DNA of 24,974 nucleotides from Deltaproteobacteria bacterium (GTDB taxonomy: Bacteria > Desulfobacterota > Binatia > UBA9968 > CAXXLF01). Of this stretch, positions 9,938 through 19,086 are shown piece after piece; position 1 is the first letter of the stretch; every line of letters starts with the position of its first letter. The stretch spans positions 1 to 24,974 of the forward strand of contig JACZXR010000001.1 of assembly GCA_022571535.1 (NCBI GenBank), written 5' to 3'. Below the pieces are notes generated by a model. The model did not search any database, was not told the origin of the DNA, and saw only the letters and a list, made by a program, of their open reading frames with translations. Made by a program: the position numbers and the translations under genes.

Positions 9938-11275
9938 CTATGCCTCTCGAACCAGCTCGAATGCCGTCGTCCGGCCGAACCCTGTCTTCCAATCTTCCAG
10001 ATCCTTCAAGGCCCTCTCTACCATCAGCTCTCTCTTTGCTTTTCCCCGAGCCGGCGTAGGAAGAGGTGGGAGGAGACCGAAATTTACATTCATCGGCTGA
10101 AAGTCCTGCCGCGAGGAATCAGAAATATAGGCCAACAGCGACCCCAAGGCCGTGGTCACAGGCAGCAGAAAAGGTTTCATTCCCTCAACGAGTCTAGCCG
10201 CGTTGATCCCAGCCAGCAGGCCTGAGGCTGCTGACTCAATGTATCCCTCCACACCGGTAATTTGACCAGCGAAGAAGAGATCGGAGCGTCGTCGCCACTG
10301 GAGTGTGGGCAGGAGATGGTGCGGTGAATTAATGTAGGTATTCCGATGAAGGCTTCCGAGGCGGGCAAACTCTACCCTCTCAAGACCAGGGATAAGAGAA
10401 AAAACACGCCTCTGCTCCGGATAGGTCATTTTCGTCTGGAAGCCCACCATATTGTAAAGGGTCCCCTCATGATCCTCCTGTCTCAATTGAACCGCCGCAT
10501 AGGGTCTCTTCCCCGTCCGAGGGTCTATCAGGCCTGTGGGTCTCATGGGGCCAAAGGCTAAAGTTTCCCTGCCCCGTCTGGCTATTTCTTCAATGGGCTG
10601 GCAGCCCTCAAACACAAGCAAGCGCTCAAAGCTCCGGGTGGGGACCACGTTCGCAGCCAGAACCGCGCCCACGAAGCGATCGTATTCCACACGGGTCAGG
10701 GGAAGGTTTAGGTAATCTCCACGGCCCTCTTCATACCGGGAGGCCCTGAAGGCTACCTCCATGTCGATGGACTCAGCGGTTACAATGGGAGAGATCGCAT
10801 CATAGAAATATAGATGACGGGAGCCAAGAAGAGAGGAGAGGTGATCCGAGAGGGCTGGAGATGTCAGTGGACCCGTCGCCAAAATAACCACCCCAGGAGG
10901 GATTTCTTGCACCTCTTCGCGAATGATCCGAACAGCAGGTAAAGACTGGAGTTCAGTCGTAAGGGCCTGCGAAAACCGCTCCCTGTCCACCGCTAGGGCG
11001 GAACCTGCTGGAACCCGATTCCTCTCGCCTACACGAACGATAAGCGAGCCCAACCGCCGCATCTCCTCCTTCAGGAGGCCCGCACCGGCAGTCAAAGACT
11101 GAGAGCGAAAGGAGTTGCTACAGACAAGCTCGGCAAGCCCTCCAGTAGCATGTGCCTCCGTGGTCTTGCGGGGGCGCATCTCGTAAAGCTCTACTGACAC
11201 GTCCCGTTGGGCCAGCTGCCAGGCCGCCTCCGAGCCTGCTAGGCCTCCACCCAGAATCCTTACCACACGTTCCAT
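9938..11275 (-). CDS. trmFO: FAD/folate-dependent tRNA m5U54 methyltransferase
   Basis: GGGLAGSEAAWQ, ELVCSNSF, YFYDAISPIV and FFAGQITGVEGY. Confidence 0.96.
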   Translation of the reverse strand: MERVVRILGGGLAGSEAAWQLAQRDVSVELYEMRPRKTTEAHATGGLAELVCSNSFRSQSLTAGAGLLKEEMRRLGSLIVRVGERNRVPAGSALAVDRERFSQALTTELQSLPAVRIIREEVQEIPPGVVILATGPLTSPALSDHLSSLLGSRHLYFYDAISPIVTAESIDMEVAFRASRYEEGRGDYLNLPLTRVEYDRFVGAVLAANVVPTRSFERLLVFEGCQPIEEIARRGRETLAFGPMRPTGLIDPRTGKRPYAAVQLRQEDHEGTLYNMVGFQTKMTYPEQRRVFSLIPGLERVEFARLGSLHRNTYINSPHHLLPTLQWRRRSDLFFAGQITGVEGYIESAASGLLAGINAARLVEGMKPFLLPVTTALGSLLAYISDSSRQDFQPMNVNFGLLPPLPTPARGKAKRELMVERALKDLEDWKTGFGRTTAFELVREA

Positions 11276-11278
11276 CGT

Positions 11279-13552
11279 TCATTCTACGACCTGGACCGTA
11301 TAGTCGCATTCCTCCTTGTGACAGCGACGAACCCGACCAGCTCTCTTGGTAACCTTCTCAAGCAAAATGCTCTCCCCGCACTTTGGACAGGCCCCCGCCA
11401 CAGGACGATCCCATGTGGCGAAACGACATTGGGGATAGCGCTCGCAGCCGTAGAAGAGTTTGCCCCGCCTGGATTTTCTCTCCAGGAGATTGCCGTCCCC
11501 ACATTCAGGACAACGGATTCCAAGATCGATGGGACTCACCAAAGACCGGATGTTCTTACATTCCGGATAACCACTGCAGCCCAAGAACCGGCCATATTTT
11601 CCCCAGCGGTTTTCCATAGGGCGCCCACACTTCTCGCAGACCTCTCCGGTGTCAGCCTGCTCCGCTAGCTGTACCTCACCCTTCTCATCACGGGTAAAAT
11701 TACTGGTATTCCTACACTCGGGATAACGGGGACAGGCAAGGAACTCACCGTTGCGACCCCACTTCACAACCATCATAGCCCCACACTTTTCGCAGGCGAT
11801 TTCCGTGGGAATCTCCTCCCGTTTTACGTCCCTCATTCCGCTCTCGGCCTTCTTAAGATCTCGCGAAAACGAAGTGTAGAAGCGCTTCATGACCTTGAGC
11901 CAATCCTCTTTCCCCTCCTCGATCTTATCCAACATGCTTTCCATCCCCGCGGTAAATTCTACGTTGAGGATATCTGGGAAGCAGTCTACCAGAAGATCGG
12001 TGACGAGCATGCCGAGCTCTGTTGGATTCAAGCATCTCCTCTCATCAAGAACGATATATTCTTTGACCAGGATATTAGACAGAATGCCGGCATAGGTGGA
12101 GGGCCTCCCAATCCCCTTCTCTTCCAGTTCCTTGATCAAGGTGGCCTGAGTGAAGCGGGGTGGTGGCTGAGTGAAATGCTGACCTGGATTGAGAGAAAGG
12201 AACTTCAAGACATCTCCTGCCTGCAGATCCGGTAGCATGGCCTCCTTCTCCTCAACCTCGTCATCCTTGCCCTCACTGTAAAGCCTCATGAAACCGTCAA
12301 ACTTGAGCTGCTGGCCAGTGGCCCTGAAGACTCCCTCCCCAACCCGCATGTCAAAGGCCGTCTGATCAAATCGGGCCGGGACCATCTGGCTCGCAACAAA
12401 TCGTTCCCAGATCAGGCAGTATAGAGCAAAGTGATCCCTGCGCAGATACCGGCGCACTCGCTCGGGGGTATAATCCACTGAAGTTGGTCTGATCGCCTCA
12501 TGGGCGTCTTGGGCCCCTTTTTTAGAACGGTAAATAACCGGTGTTCCTGGCAGATAATCCCCCCCGAGTTGTGTCTGGATAAAGCCGCGCGCCTCTTGGA
12601 TGGCATCCGTTGAGACACGGGTCGAATCCGTCCGCATGTAAGTAATGAGACCAACCGACCCCTCCGGCCCCAACTCCAGCCCCTCGTAGAGCCTCTGAGC
12701 AATCTGCATGGTCCTCTGCGGCTGAAAACCAAGCTTCCGCGACGCCTCTTGCTGAAGCCTGCTGGTAATAAAAGGAGGGGCAGGAAAACGCCGCCGCTCC
12801 TTCTTTTCCACCTGGCCAATGACCCACGGTGCCCCTTTCAGAGATTTCGTGATCGCCCGGACCTGCGTCTCGCTCTCGATGCGGAACTTCTTGATGTCGA
12901 TCTTTTCTCCTTGCCACTGCACCAACCTCGCTTCAAATGAGGGTCCAACCCGACCTTCCAAAAAAGCGGTAAGGGACCAATATTCCAAGGAAACAAAAGC
13001 ACGGATCTCTTTTTCACGCTCAGATACTATCCGCACAGCCACCGATTGCACCCGCCCCGCGCTCAGACCTCGACGTACTTTTTTCCACAAGAGGGGACTA
13101 ATCTGGTAACCCACCAGCCGGTCCAAGACCCGTCGGGCGACCTGGGCGTCAAATTTCTTCTGATCCAGCTTCTGTGGATGAGCTATCGCCTCTTGAACTG
13201 CCTTGCGGGTAATTTCATTAATTAGCAGTCGATGGAACTGGATACCGTCTCCACCGAGTTGATTCGCAATGTGCCATGCGATGGCCTCACCCTCCCGGTC
13301 CGGATCGGAGGCAAGGTAAATATTATCTTTGCCGCGTGCCGCACGCTTGAGTTCATCAACGATTTTCTTTTTCCCCTGGATTACACGGAAGTCAGGGGCA
13401 AACCCATTTTTGATATCTACCCCTAACTTGCTCTTGGGCAGATCCACCACATGGCCCACTGAGGCCCTGACTTGAAAATTCCGGCCCAGGTACTTTTCCA
13501 AGGTCTTGGCCTTGGCAGGAGATTCAACGATGACTAGATTTTTTGCAGCCAT
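11279..13552 (-). CDS. topA: DNA topoisomerase I (type IA) with C-terminal Zn ribbons
   Basis: IVESPAKAK, DPDREGEAI, catalytic ITYMRTDS, AHEAIRPT and repeated CxxC...CxxYPxC modules. Confidence 0.97.
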   Translation of the reverse strand: MAAKNLVIVESPAKAKTLEKYLGRNFQVRASVGHVVDLPKSKLGVDIKNGFAPDFRVIQGKKKIVDELKRAARGKDNIYLASDPDREGEAIAWHIANQLGGDGIQFHRLLINEITRKAVQEAIAHPQKLDQKKFDAQVARRVLDRLVGYQISPLLWKKVRRGLSAGRVQSVAVRIVSEREKEIRAFVSLEYWSLTAFLEGRVGPSFEARLVQWQGEKIDIKKFRIESETQVRAITKSLKGAPWVIGQVEKKERRRFPAPPFITSRLQQEASRKLGFQPQRTMQIAQRLYEGLELGPEGSVGLITYMRTDSTRVSTDAIQEARGFIQTQLGGDYLPGTPVIYRSKKGAQDAHEAIRPTSVDYTPERVRRYLRRDHFALYCLIWERFVASQMVPARFDQTAFDMRVGEGVFRATGQQLKFDGFMRLYSEGKDDEVEEKEAMLPDLQAGDVLKFLSLNPGQHFTQPPPRFTQATLIKELEEKGIGRPSTYAGILSNILVKEYIVLDERRCLNPTELGMLVTDLLVDCFPDILNVEFTAGMESMLDKIEEGKEDWLKVMKRFYTSFSRDLKKAESGMRDVKREEIPTEIACEKCGAMMVVKWGRNGEFLACPRYPECRNTSNFTRDEKGEVQLAEQADTGEVCEKCGRPMENRWGKYGRFLGCSGYPECKNIRSLVSPIDLGIRCPECGDGNLLERKSRRGKLFYGCERYPQCRFATWDRPVAGACPKCGESILLEKVTKRAGRVRRCHKEECDYTVQVVE

Positions 13553-13630
13553 AATCTCGCTTTCAATTTGTAGTTCTCATATCTTAAGCTCTTAATTCTA
13601 CCACTTGAGAGAGGAAATCTAAAATTCATA

Positions 13631-14773
13631 TTAGTTTATTCTAAATCTCTTGCCCGGCAACTGTCTCAAGTACCCCTTTATTTCCATATCCAGCAGGATC
13701 CCTGAGACCTTCGCCGGAGAGAGGCCGCTGGCTTGGATCACCTCATCGATCTGTATCGGGCCCCGCAATACCAGCTCGAACACCTTCCTCACTTCAGGAC
13801 TCGTGTCGGGCGGTAGAGTTGGCGAAGGGACTTCCTTCAGCCGCCCTGCTTGAGACAGAAACTGAGGGGCGATCTCTTCGATGATGTCTCCAATCCCATC
13901 GACCAGCTTTGCCCCCTGGCGAATCAACCGATGGGTCCCGCGACTGCGGCTCGCTCCTGCCTGGCCAGGTACGGCAAAAACCTCCCTCCCCTGCTCACCC
14001 GCAAGCCGGGCAGTAATTAGCGAACCGCTCCTCTCTGTCGCTTCAACCACCACTACCCCGAGGGAGAGACCGCTAATGATACGATTGCGGGTAGGAAAAT
14101 TATAGGAAAAGGGGGGAGTCCCCATGGGCAATTCAGAAAGGACTGCTCCATGCTGACAAATCGTTTGGTACAGGGCCTTGTGCTCCCCGGGATAGGCTAC
14201 ATCCACCCCTGAACCCAAGACAGCCACCGTCCTACCACCTACCCCTATGGCCTCCTGATGGGCCTCTCCATCTATCCCCAGAGCCATGCCGCTAACCACC
14301 GTAAATCCTAAGGAGGCCAAACCCCGACAGAGATCCCGGGTTATTCTCAACCCGTATTCACTGGCGCTACGCGAACCGACCACGGCCACAGCGTTTTCAT
14401 CCCCACCTCGAATCTCTCCCTTGACATAAAGAAAGGGAGGAGGATCAGGGATCATTCGCAGTCGGGGCGGATAGTTTGCATCGCTGAAAGGGACTATCCT
14501 CACTCCAGCCTCGAAGATGCGACCCATCTCCTCCCTGACCTCATTCCAATTCGAGAAGCTGAGAATCCCTTCGATTGCCTGCCTATCAAGGCCGGGGACC
14601 TGCCCCAGTTCCTTCTCTGACAGCCAAAAGACCTGCCTCGGATCGCTAAGATGGTCCGCCACTCGTTTGAAGCCTGTGCAGCCCAACCCATGGACTCGCG
14701 TGAGCGCAATCCAAGGGAGATGCTCTCTCTCATCCAACGAAGGCGGGGAAATACCCTCTATCATAGTCCTCAT
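13631..14773 (-). CDS. dprA: DNA-processing protein DprA/Smf
   Basis: VAVVGSR, VSGMALGIDG, FPTRNRIISGLS, SGSLITA and a C-terminal winged helix. The exact start is uncertain. Confidence 0.95.
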   Translation of the reverse strand: MRTMIEGISPPSLDEREHLPWIALTRVHGLGCTGFKRVADHLSDPRQVFWLSEKELGQVPGLDRQAIEGILSFSNWNEVREEMGRIFEAGVRIVPFSDANYPPRLRMIPDPPPFLYVKGEIRGGDENAVAVVGSRSASEYGLRITRDLCRGLASLGFTVVSGMALGIDGEAHQEAIGVGGRTVAVLGSGVDVAYPGEHKALYQTICQHGAVLSELPMGTPPFSYNFPTRNRIISGLSLGVVVVEATERSGSLITARLAGEQGREVFAVPGQAGASRSRGTHRLIRQGAKLVDGIGDIIEEIAPQFLSQAGRLKEVPSPTLPPDTSPEVRKVFELVLRGPIQIDEVIQASGLSPAKVSGILLDMEIKGYLRQLPGKRFRIN

Positions 14774-14939
14774 GGGTCAAACATAGTCTTTCGTGGTTTG
14801 TCAAGGAGAAGGTGGCCCTGGTCAAAAAGTGTGGTGAAAAGTTCTTCGCAATCTTAGACCCTCCTTTCTCGGGGGAGAAAGCAGATTAGGCTGGGGTGTT
14901 GGAGGTAGACAGGCATCAGCCCATTGGCTCCCGCTGAGG

Positions 14940-15067
14940 GCTTCGTCGTGAGCTCCCTTCGGTCCGACCTTCGGCTCCGAGCTCCCTTCGGGTCTGAGCC
15001 TCAGGGTCGAAGACAGGTCGAGGAGCACTCAGGGTCGAGGACAGCCGAACGGGCAGGCCCCCTCGAC
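14940..15067. repeat. Nested palindromic REP/MITE-like element cluster
   Basis: Direct repeats GAGCTCCCTTCGG (14950-14962, 14979-14991) and CTCAGGGTCGA (15000-15010, 15028-15038), plus three (G/C)(T/C)GAGC openings and three GTCGARGA closings that fold concentrically. Confidence 0.75.
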
Positions 15068-15116
15068 TTTCTCTAGGCCCTCCCTTTTCGCTAGTGAGCC
15101 TAAGTAAGGTCCCGCA

Positions 15117-15611
15117 TCAGGCAGCGCCTCGAACCCTGCAATGGGATCGCTCCAACTCTAGCAACCTCTCCTTCCAATCCAGGCCAAGGGCATAGCCTCC
15201 AAGGGACCCGTCAGTTCGGACAACACGATGGCAAGGAATGATAATTGGGATTGGGTTTCTAGCCAGGGCATTACCCACAGCCCTAGCGGCCTTAGGGCTT
15301 CCCAGTTGCTCTGCCACCCAGCGGTAGCTCCTCACCTCCCCATAGGGAATCTTAGATGCGATGTTGAGCACAGCCTGAGTAAATGGAGGGAGCCCACGCA
15401 GGTCGCAGGGAGTGGAAAAACGGCACAACTGCCCGGTGAAGTAGGCGTCCAATTCCCCTTTGGCCGTCATCCTCCAGCGCCGGGCAAGCGAACTCTCATC
15501 CTTGGTCCGTCCCCCAATGCCCCGACCTCGGCCACCAAGCCGCACCTGTCCTACCCCATCTTCCGTAGCTCCGATCGTTAGGCCAGATGCCCTAGTCCTT
15601 CTTCCCGTCAT
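15117..15611 (-). CDS. ogt: Methylated-DNA-protein-cysteine methyltransferase
   Basis: IPYGEVRSY, ARAVGNA and active site IIPCHRVV. ATGA overlap with the der stop. Confidence 0.93.
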   Translation of the reverse strand: MTGRRTRASGLTIGATEDGVGQVRLGGRGRGIGGRTKDESSLARRWRMTAKGELDAYFTGQLCRFSTPCDLRGLPPFTQAVLNIASKIPYGEVRSYRWVAEQLGSPKAARAVGNALARNPIPIIIPCHRVVRTDGSLGGYALGLDWKERLLELERSHCRVRGAA

Positions 15612-17023
15612 CTCCTCCCCACACCTCTCCTTTCTCTCCTGGCCCGCAGGACCAAGCTCATCGGAGAAATCTGCATCTCGAGGGTTTCACGTAGCTGATG
15701 GATCAGGTAGCGCTCATAATTGGAGGAGATGCCCTTGAGGTAGTTGACAAAAATGGTGAAAGTCGGGGGACAGATGGCAGTCTGCGTAGCATAATATAAT
15801 TTGACTTCTCGTCCGCGAAAGGGAGCGGGAGGGTGTTTCCGGACAACCTCATGTAGCACCTGGTTTAAGGTTGAAGTTCGAATCCAACGACGCTGGGATA
15901 ACGAGACCTGCAGCACCAGCTTCATCAGCCTTGGGATACCAAGTCCAGTAAGCGCAGAGATAAACACTATTGGGGCAAAATCGATGAACGGAAGCTTCTC
16001 ATAAACCTGCTTGGAATAACCCCTGGTGCCGGCAGGTACCCGGGAAACCGTGTCCCACTTGTTCACTACTAATATAACCCCCTTGCCACGCTTATGGGCA
16101 TAACTCAGGATCTGGGCATCCTGACTGGTTACTCCTTCAGGGGCGTCCAAAAGGTGAATGAGCAGAACCCCTCGATCCACTGAACGAAGGGCTCGGACCA
16201 CACTGTAACGCTCAATGCGATCTGTGATCCTTGCCTTGCGGCGAATCCCTGCTGTGTCCACCAAGGTGTACTGTTCCTTCCCCCAAGTCAATGGACTATC
16301 CAAGGCATCTCGAGTCGTACCCGGGAGAGGATCCACGACACTACGCTCATATCCCAGAAGGCGGTTGACCAAGGTGGACTTCCCTACGTTGGGTCGCCCC
16401 ACAATGGCCAGGCATAGGGATTGTTCCCTACCCTCTCCCCCAGCTCTATTTTCCTTTCTTCTTGGAAAGGCGCCAACAACTCGATCCATCAGTGCAGAAA
16501 GGCCAAGACCATGCTCAGCTGAGAGGGGGAAGATCTCACTCAATCCCAAGGCGAAAAATTCGTAAAGCAGCTTCTCTTTGGGCTTAGTATCTACTTTGTT
16601 GACGGCGAAAAAGACAGGTTTCTTAACCCCCCGCAGCAGTTTCACGGCCTCCCGATCCAAGGGACTCAAGCCTGCATTCGCGTCAAAGAGCATCATAATT
16701 ACGTCTGCCTCTTCTATCGCTAAACGGCTCTGCTCCTGGATCTGTTCTTTGAGCGCCGTTTTCGGATCAGGCTCAAAACCACCTGTATCGATCAGGAGGA
16801 ATCTCCTTCCACGCCACTTCACCTCACTATAGTTGCGATCCCGTGTGACCCCTGGCAACTTATCAACTATTGCCCTCTTTGCCCCCGAGAGCCTGTTGAA
16901 TAGAGTAGACTTCCCCACGTTGGGCAGCCCTACAATGGCCAGAAGGGGGAGCTCACTAAAGCTGTTGGACCTCGCCGGGGGATCCATCACCTCGCTCTCT
17001 ATAGAGTTTACCTGGGCCATCAC
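15608..17023 (-). CDS. der: Ribosome biogenesis double GTPase Der/EngA
   Basis: Two G domains (GLPNVGKS/DTGG/NKVD and GRPNVGKS/DTAG/NKWD) plus a KH-like C-terminus. The start may be a later Met. Confidence 0.96.
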   Translation of the reverse strand: MMAQVNSIESEVMDPPARSNSFSELPLLAIVGLPNVGKSTLFNRLSGAKRAIVDKLPGVTRDRNYSEVKWRGRRFLLIDTGGFEPDPKTALKEQIQEQSRLAIEEADVIMMLFDANAGLSPLDREAVKLLRGVKKPVFFAVNKVDTKPKEKLLYEFFALGLSEIFPLSAEHGLGLSALMDRVVGAFPRRKENRAGGEGREQSLCLAIVGRPNVGKSTLVNRLLGYERSVVDPLPGTTRDALDSPLTWGKEQYTLVDTAGIRRKARITDRIERYSVVRALRSVDRGVLLIHLLDAPEGVTSQDAQILSYAHKRGKGVILVVNKWDTVSRVPAGTRGYSKQVYEKLPFIDFAPIVFISALTGLGIPRLMKLVLQVSLSQRRWIRTSTLNQVLHEVVRKHPPAPFRGREVKLYYATQTAICPPTFTIFVNYLKGISSNYERYLIHQLRETLEMQISPMSLVLRARRERRGVGRR

Positions 17024-17024
17024 C

Positions 17025-17948
17025 CTAGAGACCGAATTCCTTTAATGACCGGGGATCTTGACTCCATCCCCTGGTGACCTTGACAAAAAGCTCCAAAAAG
17101 ATCCTACAGCCGAGTAGGATCTCCAGCTCTTCTCTAGCCTGTTGTCCGATTCCTTTAAGCATCGCCCCTCTTTTGCCGATCAGGATGGCTTTGTGTGATT
17201 CGCGCTCTGTATGGATCGTAGCCTTGATGACAACCAGATTTTTCTGCTCCTTCTCTGTGAATTCATCGATGACGACCGCCGTCAAGTAAGGAATCTCCTC
17301 GCGGGTCAGAAGAAAAATCTTCTCTCGGATAATTTCGGAGGCGATGAAGCGCTCCGTTTGATCTGTAACATCTCCCTCGGGGTAATAGCGCGGACCTTCC
17401 GGAAGCAATTTCAGAATCGCGTCCAAGAGAAGCGGGACGTTATCTCCCTTCAAGGCGCTGATCGGAATGATCTCCCGGTGCGGCAACAGCGAAGAACACC
17501 GGTCCATCAGAGGGAGCAGTCTGTCCTTAGCGATAAGATCTATCTTGTTCAGCAAGATCAGCGTCGTTGCCCGAGATTCTTTGAGGGTCCGAGAAATATC
17601 TTCATCTTCCTTCTGAATCCCATTGCGGACATCGACAATCCAGAGGACCCCATCGACCTCTCTCAAGGTCTTGAGGGCAGTCTCCACCATGCGTCGGTTG
17701 ATCACCGAGCGAGCTCGATGGATCCCAGGAGTATCCATAAAGACGACCTGGCCGTGAGGAGTCGTCCTGATTCCGGTAATTCGATTGCGCGTGGTCTGCG
17801 GCTTTGGGGTAACTATGGCGATTTTCTCCCCCAGGAGCTGATTCAGAAGGGTTGATTTCCCTACATTGGGCCGCCCTACGATCGCCACAAAACCCGAGCG
17901 GTGCCCAGTGGGCTCTTGTGTGGAGCTGCTTCCGATCTCAGTTGACAT
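17025..17948 (-). CDS. era: GTPase Era
   Basis: SGFVAIVGRPNVGKSTL, PQTTR, DTPG, NKID, EEIPY and the KH motif IGKRG. ATG 17948 preferred over the track's GTG 17972. Confidence 0.96.
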   Translation of the reverse strand: MSTEIGSSSTQEPTGHRSGFVAIVGRPNVGKSTLLNQLLGEKIAIVTPKPQTTRNRITGIRTTPHGQVVFMDTPGIHRARSVINRRMVETALKTLREVDGVLWIVDVRNGIQKEDEDISRTLKESRATTLILLNKIDLIAKDRLLPLMDRCSSLLPHREIIPISALKGDNVPLLLDAILKLLPEGPRYYPEGDVTDQTERFIASEIIREKIFLLTREEIPYLTAVVIDEFTEKEQKNLVVIKATIHTERESHKAILIGKRGAMLKGIGQQAREELEILLGCRIFLELFVKVTRGWSQDPRSLKEFGL

Positions 17949-17972
17949 AGTGCCTGCCCGAATTCGAATCAC

Positions 17973-18000
17973 ATTATGCCATGGCTATGGATCGGATCAA
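17973..18000 (-). promoter_or_regulatory. Putative sigma70 promoter of era-der-ogt
   Basis: TTGATC, a 16-nt spacer, then an extended -10 (TG-G-CATAAT), about 25 nt upstream of the era ATG. Motif match only. Confidence 0.4.
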
Positions 18001-18075
18001 GGTTAAAGATATTTTCCGACTGGGTGAGATCAGAACGACGTCGAGAGGGCAACAGTAAACGGGCTGCTGAGCCAT
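17974..18075 (-). pseudogene. Possible truncated remnant of the toxin partner of the addiction-module antitoxin
   Basis: The ATG is coupled to the antitoxin stop (TAATG). The 33-codon ORF MAQQPVY... occupies the usual ParE/RelE position but is far too short and runs into the era promoter region. Confidence 0.35.
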
Positions 18076-18299
18076 TACCAGCCAGAGATTCTACGGCGGG
18101 CTTCAAACCACGGAACAGGCTTCACAGTTCCCGAATCAAGCTCCCTCAGTCGCCGATCTATTTCAGCGTGCCAAGCCGCTTCCGCATCTTCGTCCACCTC
18201 TTGGTCGAGACTGTCAAGAAGAGATCCAGCAAGCGCAGCTCTCGCTTCTGGCGGAAGCTTGAGGGCCTCTTTCAGCAGGTCATTTGGGTCTTGCTTCAT
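18075..18299 (-). CDS. Putative addiction-module antitoxin (TIGR02574-like), cassette gene
   Basis: ALKLPPEARAALAGSLLDSL...AWHAEIDRRLRELDSGTVKPVPW is typical of this family. Confidence 0.85.
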   Translation of the reverse strand: MKQDPNDLLKEALKLPPEARAALAGSLLDSLDQEVDEDAEAAWHAEIDRRLRELDSGTVKPVPWFEARRRISGW

Positions 18300-18306
18300 A
18301 CTGCCA

Positions 18307-18336
18307 ATCCTAGACCCCTAAGGTGGCTTGTATCAA
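18307..18336 (-). promoter_or_regulatory. Putative internal cassette promoter (leaderless transcript)
   Basis: TTGATA-N18-TAGGAT, with the -10 ending 7 nt before the antitoxin ATG and no Shine-Dalgarno sequence. The -35 overlaps the last base of the attC R' box. Confidence 0.45.
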
Positions 18337-18383
18337 TCTAACATCTAGGCTGACCCGCTATGTCGGGTCAAGCCGACTTAGGT
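18336..18383 (-). mobile_element. attC site 1 (degenerate, 48 bp)
   Basis: - strand: ACCTAAG TC GGCT[T]GACCCG ACATAG CGGGTCAGCC TAGAT GTTAGAT. It has a hairpin with an extrahelical base in the left arm and a canonical R', but R'' is damaged. It lies 9 nt after the HNH stop. Confidence 0.75.
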
Positions 18384-18392
18384 TGCTCCGTT

Positions 18393-19070
18393 TCATGCGC
18401 TGCCTGCCACTACACGAATCCTGCAGCGTGTAATGAACTCGACACCTTCGTAGAAGCCGAAGACCCACAGCGAGGAGGGACTGCCAGGCCGGAGATATCC
18501 GGCGTAGCGAAATACATCACCGCCGACCGAGCCGCTCCTGCTGGGCGACGAGAGAAAGGCCTTTCGCTCTGATGGCATGCCGGCCAGATCAGACAGCGAG
18601 GGAGCGACTCTCCACTCGATCTCGCACTCCTGCAAAACGACTCCATTGTCGTGCCACAGAAGGCCTCGCGTCAGGCGTGAGAAAAAACGATCCAGCACGG
18701 GCTGATTGAGGTTGAAGGCCACGCTCCTTCCAACATGCAGGCCGCCGGGTGTCCTGATCTCCACGGGCGTTAGGCTGTCGAGCAAATGCTCGACATGTTT
18801 CCCTCTCCGCTGGTTGACGTCTCTCTCCAACGACCGATCTCTCCGGGCCGCTACGTGACCCAAAACGGCCGGGTGGGACTCCGTAGAGGCAAGCGAGGTC
18901 AGGAGGTTTCGTACTCGCTCGTCATCCCGCCCGTGATTGACGTTGCACTGGCGGCAGCTCGGCACAGTAATAGCGTCGGCAGGCGGCTTCGGAAAGAGAC
19001 AGAGGGGCGGAACGTGGTCATGGTCGGATGCATCAACTCTACCACAATAGACACATGATGGTTTGATCAT
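18393..19070 (-). CDS. HNH endonuclease-like Zn-binding protein with an uncharacterised C-terminal domain, cassette gene
   Basis: N-terminal CVYC...DHDHVPP...VPSCRQCN. Start ATG 19070 (or GTG 19076), directly after the R' remnant. Confidence 0.75.
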   Translation of the reverse strand: MIKPSCVYCGRVDASDHDHVPPLCLFPKPPADAITVPSCRQCNVNHGRDDERVRNLLTSLASTESHPAVLGHVAARRDRSLERDVNQRRGKHVEHLLDSLTPVEIRTPGGLHVGRSVAFNLNQPVLDRFFSRLTRGLLWHDNGVVLQECEIEWRVAPSLSDLAGMPSERKAFLSSPSRSGSVGGDVFRYAGYLRPGSPSSLWVFGFYEGVEFITRCRIRVVAGSA

Positions 19071-19086
19071 ATTCACAGTAACCTAC

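Noticed and set aside
9938-14773. dprA-topA-trmFO cluster as a novel system
   Set aside because: This is well-known conserved synteny in many bacteria.
14940-15067. CRISPR array suggested by the ~28-29 nt periodicity
   Set aside because: The repeats are short, heterogeneous and nested rather than identical repeats with unique spacers, and no cas genes are present.
16915-16940. Der GD1 P-loop GLPNVGKS instead of GRPNVGKS
   Set aside because: The change is at a variable position of GxxxxGKS, and all catalytic motifs are intact.
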